From positions 1-10,151 of the forward strand of contig JBBKWS010000130.1 of assembly GCA_037969075.1 (NCBI GenBank): a stretch of DNA of 10,151 bases. Reading direction: 5' to 3'. Of the stretch, positions 1 to 6,701 are shown one piece after another (the first letter of the stretch is position 1; each line of letters starts with the position of its first letter). Below the pieces are notes generated by a model. That model was not told where the DNA came from. It searched no databases and was given only the letters and a program-made list of their open reading frames with translations. The position numbers and the translations under genes were made by a program. Source of the stretch: Bdellovibrionales bacterium (GTDB taxonomy: Bacteria > Bdellovibrionota > Bdellovibrionia > Bdellovibrionales > UBA840).

Positions 1-497
1 GAATTAGATACATAAGGAATCACACCTAGTGCCTCAAGCTCACTTTGAATGATATAACTAAGCGCTACTCTTAAGCCTGTATACCCCTCAACAATGCGAG
101 TGAAGGGACGTTGGTCCCAAAAACGTTTCTTCGCGGCAGATCCCTTATGCACCCGCTGAACATAGCGAGCAATGAGTGCACTAATTGTTCTTATAAAATT
201 TGTAATTTCAATTTTAGTTTTACCTTTAATAAATAAATGTATATGAGTCCCGGCGTTCTTTTGAGAGAGAAGAGTAACTCTAAATTTTTTACTCTGTAGT
301 CGCAAAACCTTTCGTATTATATAGGCATTACCTTTTTGTAGCAGACTAAGTTTACCTAATGCACGATTGGATTTAAAGACGATATGCATAGGTCTACTAC
401 AAGATAACGGACGCGCAACTTTTGCGTGAGAGCTCTTTAAAAGAGCTCCTCCAAAAAAAGTTGATCGATATTTCGTATCCGTTAAATTTTTCTTCAT
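1..497 (-). CDS. HUH-superfamily Y1 tyrosine transposase (RAYT / IS200-like TnpA), 3' end beyond the window
   Basis: Manual translation from ATG at 497 is open to the window edge (165 codons): MKKNLTDTKYRSTFFGGALLKSSHAKVARPLSCSRPMHIVFKS...KNAGTHIHLFIK...NFIRTISALIARYV...KRFWDQRPFTRIVEGYTGLRVALSYIIQSELEALGVIPYVSN. It has an N-terminal H-I-V strand, HUH motif H85-I-H87 (nt 245-237), an FW..R.F motif and a helix Tyr148 (nt 56-54), in the order typical of Y1 transposases. Confidence 0.85.
   Translation of the reverse strand, partial: MKKNLTDTKYRSTFFGGALLKSSHAKVARPLSCSRPMHIVFKSNRALGKLSLLQKGNAYIIRKVLRLQSKKFRVTLLSQKNAGTHIHLFIKGKTKIEITNFIRTISALIARYVQRVHKGSAAKKRFWDQRPFTRIVEGYTGLRVALSYIIQSELEALGVIPYVSN
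430..448. repeat. Perfect 9-bp inverted repeat inside the 5' part of the Y1 transposase gene
   Basis: GAGCTCTTT-A-AAAGAGCTC, read directly from the sequence. Confidence 0.6.
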
Positions 498-531
498 TTA
501 AAAATCGTAGCACGCAAATACCTGACCACAA
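498..531 (-). promoter_or_regulatory. Putative sigma70 extended -10 promoter giving a leaderless transcript of the Y1 transposase
   Basis: Minus strand reads TTGTGG(531-526)-16 nt-TACGAT(509-504), with TG at 512-511 (TGnTAnnnT). Six nt separate the -10 element from the ATG, and there is no Shine-Dalgarno sequence. Confidence 0.45.
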
Positions 532-577
532 GTCCTAACGCAACTCGGTAGCGATATTATTTAAAAATAATAATAAT

Positions 578-608
578 TGTGGATAACACTGTTTTGCTAT
601 GTGGATAA
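578..608 (-). promoter_or_regulatory. Two perfect tandem DnaA boxes (TTATCCACA)
   Basis: TGTGGATAA on the + strand at 578-586 and 600-608, same orientation, 22 bp apart, intergenic, next to an all-A/T tract (554-578). Confidence 0.8.
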
Positions 609-651
609 GTTACTAAAATAGCTACGTTTGGAATAATTGAAAGTAGTAAGC

Positions 652-1188
652 TTACTTACAAAGGTTTTGAGCAAGATCGATAGCTAGTTTTGCGTGCGTT
701 GGTACAACTGAGTTCTCGGGCGCGGTGCCTAAGAAATTAATCATTATGCTGCCCTTTAGACTATCGCAACTGATGCTTTCATCTTTTTTTCTATCAAGAA
801 ATACAATAAATATATTTTTAAAAGAATACTCATAATTATTAAGCTCTTCGTATATAGAGCTTTCGACAGACAAACTATCTTTTATTAATTGAAGTTCACT
901 TTCTAAGTTTAAGCTTTTTGATTTTACCAGCAGATCTTCAAGCTCTAAGGAGCGCCTATATAGGCTATCCATGATTTTATAACGCTCAGCAATTTCTTTA
1001 TATAAGAAAATTTTAAGAGACGTTAAAGTTTTGTATTTCTCCTGCTTATCTTTTTGTGATTTGATCTGATCAACAGTTGTTTCAAAATAACTACGAATAT
1101 CGCCAGTTGTGGAAATTAATGGGCCCTGTGCACTCCCTAACAATGGAGCAACTATGAATGACAAAATCAATAGTATTTTGTAGCGCAT
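652..1188 (-). CDS. Secreted alpha-helical hypothetical protein, 178 aa, with two C-terminal Cys
   Basis: ATG at 1188 with GGAGG (1200-1196) 7 nt upstream. Signal-peptide-like N-terminus MRYKILLILSFIVAPLLGSA. Only two Cys (ISCDS and terminal NLCK). Overlaps the upstream gene by 22 nt. Confidence 0.85.
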   Translation of the reverse strand: MRYKILLILSFIVAPLLGSAQGPLISTTGDIRSYFETTVDQIKSQKDKQEKYKTLTSLKIFLYKEIAERYKIMDSLYRRSLELEDLLVKSKSLNLESELQLIKDSLSVESSIYEELNNYEYSFKNIFIVFLDRKKDESISCDSLKGSIMINFLGTAPENSVVPTHAKLAIDLAQNLCK

Positions 1189-3530
1189 TGTAAGGCCTCC
1201 CCATCATTTGCAATTTTTGATATATCACTTTGTGTTTTATCGATAGCCTTCATATAAGGGAAGACTTCTAGAGCAACGCTCTTAAACTCTTCAAACGTAA
1301 GATCATTTGGATTTTTTTGTACTCGTCGTCCCTTGGAATCTTTGAAATCAGCGAATTTTTTTAAAGCCGCTGCGGTTAATAATGCAGAGGATGCACCACC
1401 TGGGCCACGTGGACCATACATGGCAAGTGCATAGTATTCTTTGATGCGGTTATAATCTTTATTTGAACTAGTAATACCTACTTTGTTTAGAGGCCCATCG
1501 GCTGAGTACTCCCTAAGTCCCTTAACCCCATCCTTATAATATAAATAAAGCCCTAGGCCATTAATAATACTACGGTGTATACCCTCTCCTAAAGAGATAA
1601 ATTGGCAAACATCGCTGCCACTAGGTTTAAATAAACGCTGCTGGTATTCAGGGTAATTGGCGATCTTTTCAGCTCGTTTTTCTTTCGGTGTTTTATCAAT
1701 GTCATGTTCTTTGTCATAATCAAAAATATCTTTATATCTTTCGCAAAGCTGCCTGTTAGGACTATTGGCCATCAAATTAGCTAAAAATTTTCGTCCTGTT
1801 GTTCTTGCGCCATTGTCCTCAAGTCCTAGCATTTCATTTTGTGATATACGGATTGTCTGCCCTAGGCCGTGTCCGCCATTGTAAGAGTAGAATGGCCTAA
1901 ATCCAGATTCGTTGGCAATTTTTATAAATGTCATTTGGGCATCAATAGTATTATATGGACCGGTCATGCAATCGATGGCGCTATTTAAACTCCAGCCAAT
2001 GTAGTCTGATAATTTTTTATCAATACAAAGAGGGCCTTTTTCCATTACTTTTTTGGGGCTATTTGTATTTTCGCATAAAACTTGTGTATTGTGCAGATTT
2101 TTTGAGGCAAGCGTCTTATCGATACATTCTTGATCTATGTTTTTACTAGACTGTTGAAAAGGCGCTTTAATCGCCGCTTTATCACACTTTCCGCTGCAAG
2201 TGCTTGCCTCTGTATTAAAGACGGGGCTTTCTTTCATCCACTGTGCCACAAATTTTAGTCCTTTTAATTCTTCAGGCAGGGTAGTTGTAATTCTTTTTAA
2301 ATTCTCAAGTTGCTTATTTTTAAGCGAAGAAATTTTCTCATAAAGTGATTTTACATTCCCTTCTGTGTGTTGATTATTGCTCTTAAATTGTAATACTGAC
2401 TCGGCATAATCTCTAGATAGCTTATTCCTAGCAGCTTTGTCTGCCTCAGTAACTAGCTCTGTGTTTTTGGTTTTTTTAGCGACAGCCAAGGCCTCTATCT
2501 CTGCTACTTTTTGTTCTTGAGAAATCTTAATAGTCGCAATTTTTTTTGCATATACTTCTTTAGCAGCATCGATCTTGGCGCTACTTGCTTTTGCGGCCGC
2601 AAGAAATTGCCTATCGTATTCAGAGCGTGCATCTTTAGATAAAGTCTGCAGCTTACTATACTCAGCATCTAACTCCGAGGCAACGACGGGTGTTTGCTTA
2701 TCTCTTATAGCCTTGGGCATAGCCGGGATTTTTGCAATGGCAGACTCTAGGGTTTTTTTGCGTTGAGCTTGTTCAGTATAAAACTCACCCTCTAATAATT
2801 TAAGCTCTTTTTTCAACTCTGGGCTGAAGGCATCTAAACGTCTGGTGCGAAGAATATCAAGTTGATCTATTCTCCACAAATTATAATTGGTGGAAAGTGT
2901 ATTAACAAGCGCAGCTTGCTCGGTGAGTCTCTCAGATACAGCAGTATCAATGGATTTAGTTTTACTTTTTACTAATGCCGCATAATCTTTTTCGTGTTTT
3001 GCAATCTTGGCTTTGTATGCTGAGTATGTAGCGGCTTGTGCCAAGTCGTTACTAGAGATTACATTATTGATATAAGTTTTATGTCTAAGATCTTCAGCGG
3101 CAATTTCTTTATCTGTTTTTTCGTTTAATGTAGTAGTGGCATCTGTTTTTTGCTGGTCAATCAAAGCGCTTTTGTCTTTTTTAGCAGCCTCTATTCGAGT
3201 TAACCAATCACTATATCTCTGCGTGTTTCTATCAGATAGACTCTGCAATGTTGTAGCTTGATAAGATTTAGCCTTTGTAAAGTTCTGTTCTGCGGCTTGA
3301 AGATCATTTTGCGCCTTGGCTATTTGTTGATCCAGCTTAGTGTTTTCATTTTTCAGATCATCAATTTCTTTTGGGATATTTCTGACACGATCTATCTTAT
3401 TTTCTAAGTCTTTAATATAAAAATCGTTTTTAGGGTCACCCTGACCAATACACACCGGTTCGGCGGCATGAGCTATGCTCATACAAAATGTTGTGATAGT
3501 GATGTATAGTAAAATGAAAGATCTTGGCAT
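1167..3530 (-). CDS. Secreted protein with a long N-terminal coiled coil and a C-terminal lysozyme-like / lytic transglycosylase (SLT-like) domain, 787 aa
   Basis: Signal peptide ending AHA-A. Residues ~38-430 are K/E/A/Q-rich and helical. IANE541SGFRPFYSYNGGHG555LGQ resembles SLT motifs I/II (ES...GxGLMQ). YYALAMY705GPRGPG resembles motif III (AxAAYNxGxG). The CDS is certain; the function is inferred from motifs. Confidence 0.7.
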   Translation of the reverse strand: MPRSFILLYITITTFCMSIAHAAEPVCIGQGDPKNDFYIKDLENKIDRVRNIPKEIDDLKNENTKLDQQIAKAQNDLQAAEQNFTKAKSYQATTLQSLSDRNTQRYSDWLTRIEAAKKDKSALIDQQKTDATTTLNEKTDKEIAAEDLRHKTYINNVISSNDLAQAATYSAYKAKIAKHEKDYAALVKSKTKSIDTAVSERLTEQAALVNTLSTNYNLWRIDQLDILRTRRLDAFSPELKKELKLLEGEFYTEQAQRKKTLESAIAKIPAMPKAIRDKQTPVVASELDAEYSKLQTLSKDARSEYDRQFLAAAKASSAKIDAAKEVYAKKIATIKISQEQKVAEIEALAVAKKTKNTELVTEADKAARNKLSRDYAESVLQFKSNNQHTEGNVKSLYEKISSLKNKQLENLKRITTTLPEELKGLKFVAQWMKESPVFNTEASTCSGKCDKAAIKAPFQQSSKNIDQECIDKTLASKNLHNTQVLCENTNSPKKVMEKGPLCIDKKLSDYIGWSLNSAIDCMTGPYNTIDAQMTFIKIANESGFRPFYSYNGGHGLGQTIRISQNEMLGLEDNGARTTGRKFLANLMANSPNRQLCERYKDIFDYDKEHDIDKTPKEKRAEKIANYPEYQQRLFKPSGSDVCQFISLGEGIHRSIINGLGLYLYYKDGVKGLREYSADGPLNKVGITSSNKDYNRIKEYYALAMYGPRGPGGASSALLTAAALKKFADFKDSKGRRVQKNPNDLTFEEFKSVALEVFPYMKAIDKTQSDISKIANDGEALQCATKYY

Positions 3531-3564
3531 CAGTAACTATTCGGATTTTGCGAGTAATTTTTAA
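3531..3564 (-). promoter_or_regulatory. Sigma28 (FliA)-like promoter, probably leaderless
   Basis: Minus strand TTAA(3564-3561)-N15-TCCGAATA(3545-3538)-7 nt-ATG, compared with the consensus TAAA-N15-GCCGATAA. No SD before the ATG. Confidence 0.55.
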
Positions 3565-3618
3565 AGTATAGAGAGGGTATTAACTAAAAACTAGACATGG
3601 GTTTTTATGTTAAATAGA

Positions 3619-3643
3619 GGGGGCGTGATGTATCACATCCCCC
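3619..3643 (-). terminator. Probable intrinsic terminator hairpin after lon
   Basis: Minus strand GGGGGATGTGAT-AC-ATCACGCCCCC followed by TCTATTT, 17 nt past the lon stop. The U-tract is weak. Confidence 0.55.
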
Positions 3644-3660
3644 AAAAGGAAGCGGGTACC

Positions 3661-6078
3661 TTACATTGATACCGCTATCTTAGGGCGCTTATTGCTACCA
3701 CTACCAGATTGAGAGGAAGCCTTCTTCTTAGCACCCCCAGAATCCTTTTTCAAGGCAACTGCAAGAACCTCATCAATGTGCTTTACCGGAATAAAATTTA
3801 ACTTTTTCTTAAAGCCGTCAGGAATATCAGCAAGATCTTTTACATTTGCAAAAGGTATGATTACATCCTTAACGCCGTATCTAAGTGCTGCCAGCGCCTT
3901 TTCTTTAAGACCACCGATTGGTAATACACGACCAGTTAGAGTAAATTCACCAGTCATTGCAACATCTGCTCTTACAGGCATATCTGTAATTAAACTAATA
4001 ATTGATGTTGCCATTGTTATACCAGCAGATGGACCATCTTTAGGAATAGCTCCCGCTGGAATATGAACATGAATTTCGTAATTTCTAAACCAATCCTCAC
4101 TAATATTTAATGCTTTAGCATTGGCTCTGGCATAAGACATTGCGGCGTGAGCAGATTCTTTCATAACATCACCTAGTTGGCCTGTTAATACTAATCCGCC
4201 CTTACCCTTCATCTTAACTGCTTCAATAAACAGTACTTCGCCCCCGACAGCTGTCCAAGCAAGACCGTTTACGATACCGATTAAATCTTCGTGCATTTCT
4301 TCGTCACGCATAAACTTAACAGGACCAAGTAATTTCTCAACAACATCAGTAGTGACGGTAACTTTGTCTTTGTTGCCCATCACTAGTTCTTTGGCAACTT
4401 TTCTACATACTCCACCAACTTCACGCTCTAAGTTACGAAGTCCAGACTCTCTGGTGTAACCGGTGATTACAGTACGAATGCCGTCGTCAGTGAATTCGAT
4501 ATTGTCTTTAGTAATACCATTCGATTCCATTTGGCGATCAATAATATGTTTTTTAACTATATTTAATTTATCTTCTTCTGTGTACCCAGAAAGTTGAATG
4601 ATCTCCATTCGATCTTTTAGTGCTTGTGGGATATTTTCGATAACGTTAGCTGTTGCGATAAACATGGCGTTACTTAAATCAAAATCCACGTTTAAATAGT
4701 TATCTCTAAAACTATTGTTCTGCTCAGGATCTAAAACTTCAAGCATAGCTGCACTTGGATCACCTCTAAAATCAGAACCTAACTTGTCAATTTCATCTAG
4801 TACAATCACAGGGTTGTTTGTTTTGACAGCCTTAAGTGCTTGAATCACTTTTCCTGGCATCGCACCAACATAAGTACGTCTGTGACCGCGAATTTCAGCT
4901 TCATCTTTAACACCACCTAATGAAATTCTGTGGTAGGCCCTACCCATGGCACGAGCAATACTCTTTCCTAAAGAAGTTTTTCCAACTCCTGGAGGGCCAG
5001 CGAAACATAAGATAGGTCCGCGTAAATCATTAGCTTTTAATTGTCTAACAGCTAAAAATTCAAGGATACGGTCTTTAATTTTATTTAATTCAAAGTGATC
5101 TTCGTCCAAAATTTTCTTGGCGTGTACTAAATCTAAGTTATCAATAGTACCAGTGCTCCAAGGAAGATCTGCCATCCAATCTAAATAAGTACGGATCATG
5201 GATGCTTCAGAAGCATCTGGATGCATTCTTTCTAATCTTTGCAGTTGTTTCATAGCTTCTACTTCTACGTCGGGTGTCATTTTTGCGCTAAGTAGTCGTT
5301 CTCTTAATTCCTCAAATTCATCAGTTTTTGCTTCACCTTCACCAAGCTCATTTTTAATAGCGCGAAGTTGCTCGCGTAAAAAATATTCTCGCTGTGATTT
5401 TGTCATTTCATCTTTGGCAGTATTTCGAATGCGACTTTGCATTTGCATGACTTCAAGTTCGCCAACAAGGTATTCGTTAACTAATAATAGTCTTTCTTTT
5501 GCGTCGGTCATTTCAAGAATAGTCTGGGCATCAGAAACTTTAAGACCTAAATTGGAGGCTACTAGGTCAGCAAATCTGGCAGGATCACTTACATCATCTA
5601 ATATTAATAGGATGTCAGGAGTCAGCATTTTTCCTAAAGATATAAGTTTCTCAACCATTTCTTTAGTGTTTCTCATCATTGCTTCAATTTCTACAGTTAG
5701 AGTGTTCGCCGGCTCATGAATTTTTTCAACCTGAACTACAAAAGAATCACCAGCACTTAAATAATTAGTGATGCGAGCTTTTGCGATACCTTGCACTAAA
5801 ATTTTAACGCGTCCGTCAGCAAGCTTTCTCATTCTCATGATCATAGCGACTGTACCAGTTGTATAAATAGTTTCTGGTGTTGGATTTTCTTCGTTAAACT
5901 CTTTTTGCGAAGCTAAGAATATCATTCTATTATTAGCTAGTGCAGTTTCTACCGCCTTGATAGAAGATTCTCTCCCAACAAATAGTGGCAAAATCATATA
6001 TGGGAATACTACAAGATCTCGTACAGGTATCATCGGTAGTGAAGATGGGATCTCAACGGTGTTTTCAGTAAAACTCAT
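3661..6078 (-). CDS. lon: ATP-dependent protease La (LonA), 805 aa
   Basis: Lon N-domain (LPMIPVRDLVVFP), Walker A GPPGVGKT, Walker B VIVLDEIDK, IRGHRRTYVGAMPG, PKDGPS684AG and K727 catalytic dyad. SD GGAGG at 6087-6083. Confidence 0.99.
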   Translation of the reverse strand: MSFTENTVEIPSSLPMIPVRDLVVFPYMILPLFVGRESSIKAVETALANNRMIFLASQKEFNEENPTPETIYTTGTVAMIMRMRKLADGRVKILVQGIAKARITNYLSAGDSFVVQVEKIHEPANTLTVEIEAMMRNTKEMVEKLISLGKMLTPDILLILDDVSDPARFADLVASNLGLKVSDAQTILEMTDAKERLLLVNEYLVGELEVMQMQSRIRNTAKDEMTKSQREYFLREQLRAIKNELGEGEAKTDEFEELRERLLSAKMTPDVEVEAMKQLQRLERMHPDASEASMIRTYLDWMADLPWSTGTIDNLDLVHAKKILDEDHFELNKIKDRILEFLAVRQLKANDLRGPILCFAGPPGVGKTSLGKSIARAMGRAYHRISLGGVKDEAEIRGHRRTYVGAMPGKVIQALKAVKTNNPVIVLDEIDKLGSDFRGDPSAAMLEVLDPEQNNSFRDNYLNVDFDLSNAMFIATANVIENIPQALKDRMEIIQLSGYTEEDKLNIVKKHIIDRQMESNGITKDNIEFTDDGIRTVITGYTRESGLRNLEREVGGVCRKVAKELVMGNKDKVTVTTDVVEKLLGPVKFMRDEEMHEDLIGIVNGLAWTAVGGEVLFIEAVKMKGKGGLVLTGQLGDVMKESAHAAMSYARANAKALNISEDWFRNYEIHVHIPAGAIPKDGPSAGITMATSIISLITDMPVRADVAMTGEFTLTGRVLPIGGLKEKALAALRYGVKDVIIPFANVKDLADIPDGFKKKLNFIPVKHIDEVLAVALKKDSGGAKKKASSQSGSGSNKRPKIAVSM

Positions 6079-6118
6079 GCGCCCTCCAACAATCAGCGGC
6101 TTTATATGTTCTAAAGCT

Positions 6119-6145
6119 ATTTCGGATTGTGGTGGAAGGGCTTTA
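6119..6145 (-). promoter_or_regulatory. Sigma28 (FliA)-like promoter upstream of lon
   Basis: Minus strand TAAA(6145-6142)-N15-TCCGAAAT(6126-6119), 40 nt before the lon ATG, with canonical spacing. Confidence 0.6.
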
Positions 6146-6214
6146 CATATTTTCTTCTGTGTTTAGCTACTTATGCAAAAACTAAACGAAGGCCGTCTGA
6201 CTAAGGTAGTGAAA

Positions 6215-6580
6215 CTAGCCTCTTGCATAACGTTTACTTATGTTCTCGCGCAATTCGGCCCCTTCGATACTGAGACGGGTCCATGGAATGGCCAGCAATC
6301 TTTCGATTTCAATTGGCTCACCGGTTTCTTCGCATTTACCGTATGTTCCTTCTATAATTCTGTGTAGAGCTAAATCAATTTCATACATTCGTATGCGTAT
6401 ACGCTCATTCAGCTCAACAGTTCTTGATTCGTTGATACAACGAATACTTTGATCTCCCTCGTCTCCACCGAAATCAGGCTGTGTAATTTCAGCTGCTGTT
6501 GAACGGCGCAAAGTAAGTAAGTCTTCTTTTGCTTCAAGCAATTTTGACTTGCACTTTTCAATTACGTCTTTTTGTGGCAT
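6215..6580 (-). CDS. dksA: DksA/TraR family RNA polymerase-binding factor, one-Cys (zinc-independent type), ~121 aa
   Basis: Coiled-coil tip GDEGDQS (DxxDxA-like) and EIDLALHRIIEGTYGKCEETGEPIEIERLLAIPW. Start moved to ATG at 6580, which is preceded by GGGGGA, instead of TTG at 6604. Confidence 0.9.
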   Translation of the reverse strand: MPQKDVIEKCKSKLLEAKEDLLTLRRSTAAEITQPDFGGDEGDQSIRCINESRTVELNERIRIRMYEIDLALHRIIEGTYGKCEETGEPIEIERLLAIPWTRLSIEGAELRENISKRYARG

Positions 6581-6676
6581 CCGGTCCCCCTGACCTAGGC
6601 TCAAGGCCCAATGTTCAAGGGTATGACAGTCTGAGAACGTAAATGGTTAAATTTGTAACATGATTAATTATTGAAG

Positions 6677-6701
6677 GTAGTATAAGTGATGCTTATACTA
6701 C
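6677..6701. repeat. Perfect 10-bp-stem hairpin overlapping the stop codon of the lipoprotein gene
   Basis: GTAGTATAAG-TGATG-CTTATACTAC with no clear U-tract. Could be a terminator, processing site, operator or REP-like element. Confidence 0.6.

Noticed and set aside
3624..3637. CRP-like site CGTGA-N4-TCACA
   Set aside because: The spacer is 4 nt rather than 6, and the sequence is better explained as the stem of the lon terminator hairpin.
6161..6187. Short inverted repeat GTTTAG...CTAAAC between dksA and lon
   Set aside because: Only 6 bp, AT-rich, with a long loop, so too weak to call a terminator.
6581..6604. TTG start for dksA at 6604
   Set aside because: ATG at 6580 has a purine-rich SD-like sequence (GGGGGA) and gives a typical length.
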